A program made the translations under genes and the position numbers. A stretch of 64,000 nucleotides of DNA. Origin: Catajapyx aquilonaris (Eukaryota). The stretch is from assembly GCA_000934665.2 (NCBI GenBank), contig KZ538085.1, positions 1-64,000 on the forward strand, written 5' to 3'. Shown here piece after piece: positions 11,933 through 24,300 of the stretch (position 1 is its first letter; the number at the start of each line of letters is the position of its first letter). The notes below the pieces were generated by a model. It ran no database searches and was not told where the DNA came from. It was given only the letters and a program-made list of their open reading frames with translations.

Positions 11933-13211
11933 GTTTGCCCTCGACAGCATCGAAGGCGTCGGACTAGGCGACAGAGACGTGGTTCTGGCTACATTCGCCA
12001 TATTCTGTTTTTGCAATTTAAGTATTGAAAAACATTTGTGGAGTTTGATTGCATCTCACTTCTCGATCGTCAGAAGCGAGGCACACTCAAGAGTTGTAGT
12101 GTATACTTTCCACGTCAGCTGTCATACATGGTTCACGAACACTCATGTTGGATTTGCCTTGTACCAGGACAACACTTACTGGAAAAGTATGCAGCAAGAT
12201 AAATCTGCATTATTAATGTTAAACGAGGTAATCACGTCTCACTTGACGAGGAGAAAAATAATTTAGCCAACTTGCATTTATTGTAATTTTTGGCAATGTC
12301 CTAGTCATACGTGCACATGACATATTAAGTGCCGATAATGAAAGATATTGCGTAACGGGTACTTGAAAATTCGATTAATCATCACACTACCGATGCAAGT
12401 TGTTGAGCGAAGTTTTAAATGCACTGAAAAATAACTGAAAGAAGATATTTGTCCTCTCTCTTATCTCTCTGATGATTATCCTTCTCACGTAATGACTCGT
12501 AGCAAACAATCTCATTTCACCTTTGATTGCAAATAGTCGAGATTATAATGGTCCGCTGGGGTCAAGTGCTTCTTAAGTAATTACGCCTTCCGTTGATCGT
12601 TGTACCCAGATGCAATGCTTATTTTTTTGCAGGCTTATTTTTAATTTTTCAAATTAATCGTCAGCCTCTTATTGATTGTTATACCAAATTATTAAAGTTA
12701 AACAATGAATAATTACGCTGGATTATTTATTTATTGGTGTTTAAGAATTATGTGTACAAATAATTTTAATGGGAGATCAGAGAGAACGCCTATAATTATG
12801 TGCTCTGGGTAAACAATGTGCAACCTCTCGCCTTGAACTGTTGGACTTGGACATCACACAGTAATTTAATCATACGGTTAATTATTAGGATACAAATATA
12901 GGGTGCAGAGCACAGGACTATATTGCAACAGGTGCATGCAGGTGTGTCACAACAGGTGCTTGCAAATTGATTCAACGAGTGTACACATGTCTGGTTTTCG
13001 CCGGAACTTTTTGTCCTCTTTAATGTGTCATGCACATTATAGCGATACACTTTTCAGAAATGATACCTCGTATCTCTCTTTCTGTACCCGCATGACCACC
13101 ACCACTTGAAGATTAAACTTTTTGCAACAACTTGCCAAGTCACGCCACTGTGTGTTCATATAGCCTCAATATTCCAATGATGCAATAAGGTTTTATTTTA
13201 ATATTTTATTT

Positions 13212-14542
13212 TCACGTGGTATTGTTCTTGATCCGATCAGGAAAAACATACTCGTTAATGAAGGAGCTTACTGAGAATGAGCTAACAAAGGGCCCGTATC
13301 TTCGATAGTATGTCCAGCAGTTGGGTCCGTTTGATTCCGTTGTCTGGATCGCAACTAGTTCGCCTTCGCACACCAGAGGTCCCCCGTTGCTTACCTGCGT
13401 CCAAGTGATTGGGAAAATGTGAAAGCTATACGAGTTACGTAACTCAAAAACTTTAATAGTGTTTATGTCCTTCAAATTTCGACTTTTTTTGGACAGAATT
13501 GGTTGTGTACTTGCCATGCAAAATATGAGGTATCCTCCAGAATATCCTGCGCAGATCAGGTCGTCCCTCAGCCAGAAATTGCTGGACTCGCGACAGGCGT
13601 ACGGACCTTGGATGAACATGGAGAGGTTGCTCGCATGAACTTCGCTCACTCGAACCACCTCCATCGACCTCATCTGAATATTCGAAAATTATTACAATCA
13701 TGAAAATATCCCCAACATAACAATTATTTTCTGTCGTACTCTCGCAGACAAGTTACACTGACCTCTGTTGTGTAGTAAACTCCATGCATGACACATGCAG
13801 TACCGAGCAGGCCCCTGTCTCTGGTCTGCACAGGTACAGGCCGCACGTCCTTGTTCAGCTCAAACGGTCCAGATGCCTGCAACACACACGAGATGTACAG
13901 GGTGCAACGTGATTGAAAATATCGATGATGATACCTGGACCAGAGCAACTGAATATCCCTCCTGTCCAATGCTGTAATTCGGATGAGTGATGAACCTCTG
14001 GACAGACCTTTTTTGCAACGAACCAATCGAGCTGTCTGCCTGGTACCCAACCACCATGTACGGCTCGCAACACCACCTGGCCAATTGTGCACAATACTGT
14101 TGATAAATCTCATTTCGTCTAAACCAGCCTCGTTAAGAACTTAGCAGCCTTTAGATGTTAACATGCCATATTGAGGTGCCACTGACTTTGCAAATAGTTA
14201 TGCGAATATTTACACGTAACGCATTTTTTAAAAGTAATGCACTGGTCATATCCTGAAGTAATGAAACACCTTACGTGACACATGTAGCTGATGTGATGGC
14301 CCATCTGGCCGAAATGAGCGTGGCCACACACAGGAATCCGGTTCGATCGTACAGGGTGGCCTGAAAAACCACACTGTATTGCCCCGAGAGAAAAAATGCG
14401 CGAACCATTTTAATACCAATCCTGAAAAATAGGTGGGATTGCGATTGGTGTCCACTGCATCCTTTCCTATCCGCAATCCTCCGTCACTGCCGTCTTTCAG
14501 GTGCTGAAGAGACATCAGGATCCAAAAGGAAGGTGGAAGCAT
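13212..14542 (-). CDS. Secreted trypsin-fold (S1) serine protease homolog, catalytically inactive
   Basis: Spliced exons give FLCVATLISARWAITSATC (TAAHC site), FITHPNYSIGQEGYSVALVQ (DIAL site), VRPVPV, LICAGY and CMVSNGGPLVCEGELVAI (GDSGGP site). Exons 14076-13935, 13876-13763, 13673-13515 and 13394-13212 join in phase; the last intron has a GC donor (gcaagt). The first exon boundaries are less certain. Confidence 0.8.
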
Positions 14543-14701
14543 GATGACCCCTACAGCCTGAATCACTCAGCTCATTCAAAAGACGACCCGACATATACCC
14601 AGTTCTAGTCCCATTGTGTTTCCCCACACCAAAAGATAAGTTTTAAGTATTATGTAACAAGTCTTTTTTATTGTGATCTAACAATGTACAATGTGTGCCA
14701 C

Positions 14702-15676
14702 TCAGCTCATTAACATTACGCAAAGCGTCGTTGATGCAATAACCGCCAGCAGGGCCGGAAGTAGTTCAGATACGCCGCTGTTAGGGCAGCTAGTCGCTTC
14801 ACAATAGTTCTGTAAAATTGGGCATAATTAGTGGCATGTAATTATGTTAAAACAATTGTTCATACCCGTATCTGGTCTTTCAAAATCAGATCGAACGTGT
14901 CCTTCACAACTGATTCTGCGTCGGAACCGCATTTGTCCAATGCGACTACTGCGATGCATTGTCTGTACTCTTCAAATCCACTGCAATAAGATTAGTTTAA
15001 TGATCTGCACTGTCACAATTAAACTTGAGCACGTACCAGCAAATTTCTTCTGATGGCAGGTTCTGGTTGAACTTGACATCCACCAATGTGCTGTTGTCGC
15101 ACTTTTTGAACTCCTTTGACTGTTTGTTCAGGCAGCCGGATTGGGTCTTGATTTCTGAAAAAAAAGTTATGATCAGCCTTGTTGCACTCCGAGATGGTTG
15201 AGCTAATTGCACATACTCGCTTTGAACGACGGAGAGCACATCTTTGTCACTGCATTCAGAAACCACTCCAGGAATTCGACGTGTTCCTTCAGTTTGTCGT
15301 TGACGTTGCTCACGTCACAGTCCGAAGTCTTGTCCTTTGCTTCTCTGGCAGCAGTCTCGTACTTTCTGCACATCAATGCAGCAAAATTAATATGGTGCAC
15401 TTTTGACTCTTACACTGTACACACTCACGTGCAAAATTTGTCCAGATCCTGGAACATGTTGAAGGCTTTTTTTGGCGACCTCTGGTTCTGAAGGTCTTGA
15501 ACCACCTTCAGGAGACCCACCTCGTTGCAACCATCACCAGACACTCGCAGGTACACGCTTGAGACTGCAAGCACAACATGATGTATCACAATGTCCGGTA
15601 CAAGTCCACACTTGGAAAATTACAACCAACCGGTCAAAATGAGGAAGAGGAATGTGGTGGTGCTGTGAAGGTCCAT
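14702..15676 (-). CDS. Cys-patterned secreted, probably GPI-anchored protein (DUF19-like), cluster member 1 (6 exons)
   Basis: TATAAAA upstream; signal MDLHSTTTFLFLILTVSS; LDKFC...KMCS...SGCL...EEICCGFEEYRQCI...DKCG; C-terminal hydrophobic tail NSGVSELLPALLAVIASTTLCVMLMS*. Confidence 0.8.
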
Positions 15677-16541
15677 GGCTGCTGCGGTGTGAAAGGACGG
15701 CCAGACACGTGCTGGCCTTTTATATTCTCGGACCTCATTTGCATGCACAGCTCGAATGTGACGTAGCAGTGTTCAATGAGAATATTCTGTCTACCTGGGC
15801 CATATTGCTGAATTCGCAATTTTACCAACGAAGGCATACTTGACAAAACTGGGGATTTGCAGTAAAAAGCCAGCTTCGTTTTAATCAACTTGTCGTACGA
15901 CTTATCTTAATTTATTGACGGCATAAAATTGCATAGGCTGGCGAATTACAAGTAAACAATGTTAATGACCTTTTACGCACTCTGCATTATTAAGCTAATT
16001 TTTTGTACAGATTAATTCCCTGCCAATATTCTCCATTTCAATATAGGGGTAGAGGAAGGAAAATATATTGTTCACTCCAGCAACCAGTTTAGAGTGAAGC
16101 CTCAATCACAATTTCGCGTCGAAAATAATATTATAATCAATTCCAATATTATGCAATATTGTCATCGCAATTTCCAGCTAAATGACTTTTTCCACGTTTT
16201 GCGAATTCAATGCAGGTAGCAATGAATTATTGAATATAACTCTGGCTTCTTGGGCCACCTAAGTAGTGAAGGGTTAAGTGAGGAAATTATTTAACGGGCC
16301 TTCCTTTTCTCCTTCAACTTTAATCATGCGTTAGTCCAGTTAATTTAACCTTGAAGTCCTCGTATTGTCAGACAACTGTGCAAAAAATGCTGGAATAATC
16401 CAATGAAAAAGCAGCTTTTGAATTTCCATAAAAAACAGGTGACTTTTTATTTAGTTACAAAATAATGCGAATTGTAATTTTTTATAAAGTAAATTAAAAT
16501 TTGTTTGATGCAGTCACACAACCAAAACATTTATTTCATGG

Positions 16542-16621
16542 ACTTATTTTATCGTTATTTTGAGCATGTTCGGAAGTCTACACCGACTTCTGAACATGCT
16601 CAAAATAACGATAAAATAAGT
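16542..16621. repeat. Long near-perfect inverted repeat (37-bp arms, 6-nt loop)
   Basis: acttattttatcgttattttgagcatgttcggaagtc-tacacc-gacttctgaacatgctcaaaataacgataaaataagt, with a single G:T mismatch. Confidence 0.9.
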
Positions 16622-17534
16622 AATCAGAACAGACAAAATATGTTTGCTTTGTTTTCTAACCAGAGTGAAGTTTTTATTTTGCAGGAATTTTTCTTCTGAG
16701 CTAATTATAATTATTACAGGCCAGGCGTGTTTTTAATAACACCTTATTTGCTCGTATAGTTTGGGCATAATAAGGACCTTGAATGTAGCCAATGTAGCTG
16801 TAGGGTAATTAAAAATTATAGTAAATATTTGGAGTCATGCATTTTTCGATTTTGTCGAAATCGCCTTTTATTTAATCGACCGGCGAGTCAAGGTCAGTGT
16901 GTCACAGCAAGCTCAATTGTGCGTTAGATTTTGTCCATTTACTGCCATGCAAATTAAACTGGCTTCCTTTCGAGTTGTCGTTATTAATTCAGTCTGAAAT
17001 TAAAACTTCGGCAAGGAAAGGGAATAGGTTATTAAGGCAAAGGCTGCAAAATGTTGAAATTTCACAGATCGATTTTAATGCCAATGTATTACAAACAAAT
17101 TTGCATTTTAAAATGTGGGCAATAGAACACTGATGCTCTACTGTACTACTAACACAGTACGGTATCTACTTGACACATGACCACAGAACAAATCAGTGCG
17201 GAATGACACAGGACGCAATTACACAGGGCATTATACCCTTTGATCACTCGAGGTCAGCTGGCATCACGTACCAGCCATTCTAAAAAGTAGCTACAATAAA
17301 AACTGCAGACGAACATTCCAGCAAGTCGGACGTGGCGTGACCTCGAGTGACCCAATCAGCATCAAGCCAGCCCTTATTTCCAATAGTGACTCTTACAAAC
17401 CTTATATAAGTACATGCGGGAGAACCAATGAGAAAGTCAGTCTTATTTTAATCCACAATTTATTTATTTCCGACAGAATAATCAGTGGCGTATATACAAT
17501 GTCGGGCGTACAATGCTCGGGTTTCAGTGTGCAA

Positions 17535-18603
17535 TTAGGGCATCCTGTGCAGCCCGTACAGTAAGAGTCCCTTGAAGCCGTACCGCTTGTAGAACATGTA
17601 GTCCATATAGGTCGGGAAGCTCCAGGCACCCATCTTGTACCAGTAGTACATGATGGCCGTCACGTGAATCATCTCCAAGGGAGGAGCACCTCCGCCGATG
17701 CTGCAGCTCGTTGCATTGCAGGTGCGTTCCTGTAAGATCCAAGTGTTAAGACGTGGTCAACAGGTACGGTTTACCATAGGCCTACCTTGTCGATGATACC
17801 CGAGTGCTCCAGGACATGGTCCACTATGGAGGCGCCATCTTCACCGCACTCGCTCGACACAGACACGTGACGACAGGCGTCGTATTGCTTGAAAGCGCTG
17901 GAAGTACGACAAAAGTGTGGGTAAGCAATACTGCAACAGTTAATTGCACGTCTTGCATATTGAAATTAAGTTACATACCAGCACCTGGCCCGGTTTATCT
18001 GCTCGTCTGTGTACCTGTCGTAGTACTGGAGGCTCCAGATCTGCTCAATCAGATCCCAGATGCAGTTCTGGACGTGCAGCTTCACATTCTCCAGACACGG
18101 AACCAGCGCATTGTATCCTGAGGAAAAAAGGAGAGCGTGTAATCGAGAGGTCAATAGGTGACTTGTCATGCTTCATTCTTTCAATACTGGCGCGGAAGAC
18201 GTCTTCGTAACACAGGCTATGGACGAGCTGTTTCTTGGAGTGGGCCAGCTCCTGGAGGTGCTTTGGAAGGTACTGCTCGCAGGACGGCATCTTCTCGAAC
18301 ACCTGATCCATCCAAGGACCCCACTTGGCGCAGAAGTCCTCCAGCTGATGAGGATCCATGGCTATTCCAGGCTCTGTCGGATCCCCGGACAATGGCACAA
18401 TCTTGTCCAGCTCAACGTCCAGCTCTTCCTGCAGTCCTCCACATCTCTCTATAGGCATAACAGCAGGCTGCAGTCCTTGAGGTCGGCATCTCCCCGCACC
18501 TGAGCAAAAGAAAAATGGTGAACTGCAACAACAAAAAGTATGGTGTAAACAAAAAAATCATCTTACCAGCAAGGAGTAAATAAAAAGACAAGAGCCAGCT
18601 CAT
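17535..18603 (-). CDS. Cys-patterned secreted protein (DUF19-like), cluster member 2 (5 exons)
   Basis: Signal exon MSWLLSFYLLLAG|gt; LEDFC...SLCYEDVFRARYNALVPCL...RARCCAFKQYDAC...SECG; intron positions shared with its neighbours; Tyr/Trp/Met-rich C-terminal tail. Confidence 0.8.
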
Positions 18604-20071
18604 CTTGCTTCAAGGATCATCGTCACACGCGCGACCTTTTGACCTGGTCCTTATGTAGTCCCCCCCAGGTTTTTGGTGAAGAGATTGCTGGGAAATATTT
18701 TTTTGAGGAAGACACGTGACATTGTCGGCACGTGTCAAGGTTGGTTCCGGATTATTCCGGGCTTGAGGAAAATGGAGGTGGGTTATACAGCATAAAGAGT
18801 ATGATTGCATTGCACCGAATATAGTATGCAATTGCCTGGGTTCAGTGACTTTGACCTACAGGAGCAATAGTGGGTCCACGGAGCTGCACAAGGTCAGCAC
18901 AGATAAGGGGCGAGGTCAACTGATGTGTGACACGTTACTAAATAAAACTATTTGGATCTATGTTATTTTCAGCTATTGTTATATAATCAGTTTTTTGGCT
19001 GAGGTTCGTGTTTGTTTTGTGCATTGAATTTTAATTACAACGTTTGTGCTCATTTTTATTATCGTTCTGTTTTTAAAACATGTCACAAAGAAGTTGAACA
19101 TTTTTATTAGCGTCAGATATCAGTCCGTACATTACAATTTATTTAAATGAGTTGTAAAATGTAACATACAGTATGACACTTCTTACGATGTACAGCAACC
19201 TATTTGTTAGTATGAAATTTTAACACCTTTTAAAGTCATTGAATAATGCAACTGATGTATGTATATTAAAAATTTTAAATAAAATTGCACTCATTTAATA
19301 GTGGCCAATTACGGGGACGAGTGCGTTTTTCTGACAATTTATGTTCGCGTATTTTGAAAAAAAAAAAAAAAGACCAAAGCAAGCATTTTATAATCGTTGT
19401 TTTAAATTTTGCGGGTAAAATTTTGATACATATTACAAATCAATTATTACTACTGTATAAAGCTTCACTCGTGTAAACTAAATGTAAATACTGTACTACA
19501 TGTGCGAATTGATTTTACAATAATTGGTGCTGGTTACGCCTTTGTCGAATAAAATGAACCTTGAGAAAATATTGTAAAAAAAGAGCCTATGCCAATTCCA
19601 CATTCGAGTTACGTTCATATCGATTGTGAGTACGTAACTTACAACACTGTATTACAATGCCAACAAAACAGATGTTTCGTTTACTTAAAATGAGTCGTGC
19701 TGATGGATGTATGGGACAGTACATGTTTTTTCCGAGACATACTAGTCTACTCCATGTATTTCGCTCCAAAAAGTAATTGAGAATCAATTACAAGATAGTA
19801 AACTCTCCTGCAATTAGAAGTAATTTATTAATGAGCATCCTGTAAACTGTATAGTGATTATTTTTGCATTAAAAACTGGTTCGACCTATTCAAGTTTTCT
19901 TGCAATTTGGTAACATCTGCATTTTATGACTTAATTGTCACTTCCTGTGGAACTTGGCCTCGGTTGTTTTTTTTTAATGTTATTGTATCCAAATTAATCA
20001 AACTGACACTGAATTGCATGCAGACGGCGCCCAAGTACACAAATTGCAAATGATGCCTTGAATCAAAATTG

Positions 20072-21083
20072 TCACTTGATGTAATTGTCGAAAGCGTATA
20101 GAAAGCACTGAACGGAAATGAGCCAGGCCAACGATGTCTCCAAACCAGCACCAGTAGAGCACAGGTTCTGGAAGAGAGAAAAAATATTGCTGTCAGAATG
20201 TACGGAGAATACTTTGTGCAATAATATCAGTTTTACTTTCAACACGATGGGAAAGGCTTCGTGGACAAATCTGCTGTCGTTGGGACTACACTGCATGTTG
20301 ACCATTTCAATGACGCAAGGTTGGTACTGCTCCTCCAAGCTGCTGCATTGTTTCAGAGAACATTGTAAAGCTGACCCTTTGACCTTGCTGCTGACCACTC
20401 ACCTGCACATTCCCTCGAGGGTAGGCTCAGGGGGTGGGTCCCACATGCAGGGGTAAAGACCCGTCCGAGAGAAGCAACCGTTCACGAAGTTCAAGTACAC
20501 TAAATTTTAAAAAAGGCATATGGTGAATAAAATGTGAACTTTGTCCTTTCAACAATGTGTATAGTAATTAACTAATTACGGTATTCTAGCTCCTTGTTCC
20601 GGCATATCTCGTGCAGAAGTCTGTCCACACTTCGTATCAGCTTGTTGACAGGCTCGAACTCTGGGTCTGAACCACAAGGCTCCAGCTCTTTGTCCACTTC
20701 ATCTTCGAAGCGCTTCAGCGACCTGAAATTGCGGGTTCAGATGTCACTTATAATTGCCCAGGTCATTGACGAGATTAACGTACGAGCAGGCTTCAGCAAA
20801 GGTGACTTGGTCTATTGGAGAACCTTCAGGCACGATGTTGTAGTAGGCCAGAGACGAGGCTATCAACTTGTCCACACTGGTCCAGTCGCACATCTCCTCA
20901 GCCCAAATTATGTGCCAAGGAGCTGTCGAAATTATCAGTTTTATCATTTTAAAAAATGAAAGGTTTCGCCTGATTATTTACACTGGGTGATACACACGTC
21001 CTAATGCTTATTTTCAATATAATTAATAATGTGCTGTGAAATACTTTACCTGCCAAGAGTAAGAAGTGGAAAACTAGTATCAT
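20072..21083 (-). CDS. Cys-patterned secreted protein (DUF19-like), cluster member 3 (6 exons)
   Basis: Signal exon MILVFHFLLLA; EEMCDW...AEAC...EPCG...HEICRNKELEYLYLNFVNGCF...GMC...QYQPCV...MQCS; hydrophobic tail STGAGLETSLAWLISVQCFLYAFDNYIK*. Confidence 0.78.
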
Positions 21084-21376
21084 CCTGACTGCAGCTGAAA
21101 AAGACACTGTGATGAAGCAGCACGAGCCTGTTCGTGCTGCCCAAAATTGATCCCTGATTGTTGCATAATATCGTAGTCTCAACCTTAAATTATTAACGCT
21201 ATTAAAGGCTATTTTTAACATCTGGTTTTACATCCACTGTTGAATATACCTGTACCAGACAATATCGGGGAAGGAAATGGAAATAAAGTCATCAGTACAC
21301 TCTCTCTTTCTCTTGTTAATCTAATTACATGTACAATGCGAAATGGAAGGACAATTATTGTTGGGTGCGAGTGAAG

Positions 21377-24300
21377 TCATTGTTGCCAGAGCCTGGAGAC
21401 TGTCAGCATCAAGACGGACAATCCGATGATGAGCGTTGGTGCCGGGTGTGTTTGTACATTTGCTGGGCTGCCGCAGTGGTCGTCGTAATCATCACATTGG
21501 CCCTTCAATTGCGAGAAGAAAAAAAATTGGTTGTAAATAGTCATAACTGAATCAGAGGCAATGGAAGTGTCGTAGGCTGTAACCGCAGGTTTTAAATATT
21601 CAGAGACCAAAGTCATGCCTCTGCAGAGTTTGTTTGAATGGACATTGTTACCTTCATGGCAGGTCCCACAGCTTTCTCCAGAAAATCGTCCATGAAGTCT
21701 GCCGCCTCCTGTCCGCACGTCGCTCTCGCTTCCAAACGCGCGCAAGATTCGTACTCCTGATACGCACTGGAAATTATATACAAAAAAAAATTGACGTTAG
21801 TTGTCCAGTCATTTCGACTTCAAAACTTACCAACAAGCAGAGGTCATCAGACGTCCAAGTTCCTCCTGTCCAGGTGGTGGTCTGGACAGTTCCGTCCTAA
21901 CGATTGTGTTGTATCTCTCACCGCAACGGAAGAAACGACCGCTGACTCTTTGGAAGCAGGCAGCATGCCGCAAGTAACCTGAAGGCAACAATAATATGTA
22001 GTTGAAGTGACATGTCGGTTTTTTTGGTGCTATATTGAGCGTGTAAAAAATTCATGCGGATATGGCCTGGAGTGTTGCACCGTTTTTTTTTTACTTCAAA
22101 AAAACAGTAAATGTGCACGGTTCTCTCTGTCTAATTTGCATGTACCGCTACTTTAGTCTGGTTGTCATGCTGCCTTTAGGACAAGGAGTTAAGAAGGTGG
22201 GTTGCGCAAGAGGATGAAGAGAGCATCAGACCACGACTTTTGATGGTTTTGGGTCAGGAAAGTGCAGCATACGTGTTGTGCATGAGGTGGTGTAACACGC
22301 TGTTGGTCGAAGCGACTTAAATATGTAGATTCTCACGTTCTCTGAAGATGTCGTTGTCGCAAAGGTTCTGTGTGACGGCACCTGCACCGCTGAGGGACCT
22401 CTTGACCATGTCTCGGTACGACGGAGACACGCAGTTCTCCAGGTAGTCAGCAACACGGCGAATCAGCTCCTTCATTTGCCTGTACAGAGAAAAAGCAGCA
22501 TTGTTGAAGTCATAAATGGCAATCAGCAAAAAAAAATGAATAAAAATAGGTTTCGGTCAAATTTGCATCATCATGGTCATCATGATTTGCTTTAAGTAGC
22601 AAAATGATCTGATTAATATCCCGCGCAGCATAGTTAAGTTGCAAGTTTTTTTTCTCCAGAGTCTCGCGGTTCAAAATGTGAGATAATCTTTTTGTCCTTC
22701 AATTTATTGTTAATAAACAATGTGGGTAAAAAACGAATCATGTTGATGAGTAGTCCAGGATGCCCTCCTTGTCCTGCCGGTTTTAAAAATTGGCAAAAAA
22801 AAAAGTGCGCTAAATTCCCACGTGACGATACTGCTGCTGACTTGAGAATTCACGTACCGTTAGTACCAATTAGTCAACTTTTTTTAAATGTGAGAGGTCA
22901 GCTTCTTTCAGAAGTTTGGCCTTAATTGAATTGGTCTCAATGTTTTTATTTCCACGTATTGTTATTACCCGCAAACTCTGTCGAGTTCCTCTGTTGATGT
23001 GACAGAAGCCAAGCTCTCGTCGGTGCTCATTCTCTGCAGCTCTGAAACATGTCCCTGAAGCGCAGAAGCGTCGCAGATCTGCCCCGCTGCCTTCTCCAGC
23101 ACACCACCTGCCAATCACAAAACCCCAACCATCAATAATGAATCAATTCACCCGGCGTCAATCACAGCTCCTTTTGATGAGAACATGCAAGATTCATGGC
23201 CAAGAGAGACCTTGGGAATCTGTGGGAAACAGGTTTTATCCAGAGGCTAATTTATTGAAATCGGCTTCACTCTCCTTTGCAGGCCGATATGTATTATTCA
23301 GGTGAGACGGAGCTGACCTCAGGCAACCGATGGGGGGAATATTTCCCATTGGCTCTCTAGGGCGTGGTTTGACCTTCTTACCTATTTCTATGTACCGCCA
23401 TGATCAAGACCTGTTTTTATGCCCCCTTCTTCAAGCCGCATCCCCAGATGATTTATGGGCCTTATTCCCGACTTGCACACATGTCCATGCGGCCATAACA
23501 ATAATGGAGTGATCAGTTTTGTTGCCGACTTTCACCAAGTTGGTGGTAGTAACAGAGCGTGACATAAATACCTTCAGGACAATAGAGTTAAGTTTTTTGT
23601 TTTAAAAATAGGCGTGTTTGGGATGGGAAAATGCGATAACACCATTTTCATGTGGTTTGAATTTGCACACCTTCGGGACAATCCGGGAGCTTACCCCATA
23701 AACTAATTTAAACAGTTCTCATATAACTGCATTTGGGCATTCAGCGTTGTCGTTATCTTCTGATCAAAAGTAAAAGTTCCTGGAGACAGTGACAACTATA
23801 TGAGTCGAGTTGTTAAACTTATTGAAGCTATGAAGTTTAAGTACGCAGCATACAGGCATTAAAAATGTAATTACTGCATTGTTTTCAGGACACAACCGTT
23901 TTGTACAGTTGTAATATATTGCAGTTATGACTTGGTATTCAGCAAATAAATTATGACTGCTGGTATTTAGAAAAATAATAAATTCGACAATTTTAAATAT
24001 GGTTCAGGGAGCGTACACTATTTACTTACGTAATCTATTTGCTTTAGAATTATTACGTCAGTGCTCATTGTATATGCAAATAACTGGACGTAACTAGTAA
24101 ATATTTTTGCATGGAAGTTGCCTTGAATTTTTATCTTCTTTGTTCAGTCTGATTGCCAATATGCCTCCAAGCCATGCAGGACTATTCACCAATCTTCTCA
24201 ACGTGCTTTGAATGAGTTCGCACATGTTTTGGGGGGGAAAGCGTCGCGAAAAGGCGCGAAAACCGTTTTCACGCATGGGACCAGTGTGTGTAACATACGA

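Noticed and set aside
23150..23400. Nearby ATGs as first exon of cluster member 4
   Set aside because: They give stops or the wrong phase; the exon at 25701-25662 fits both the phase and the paralog signal-peptide pattern.
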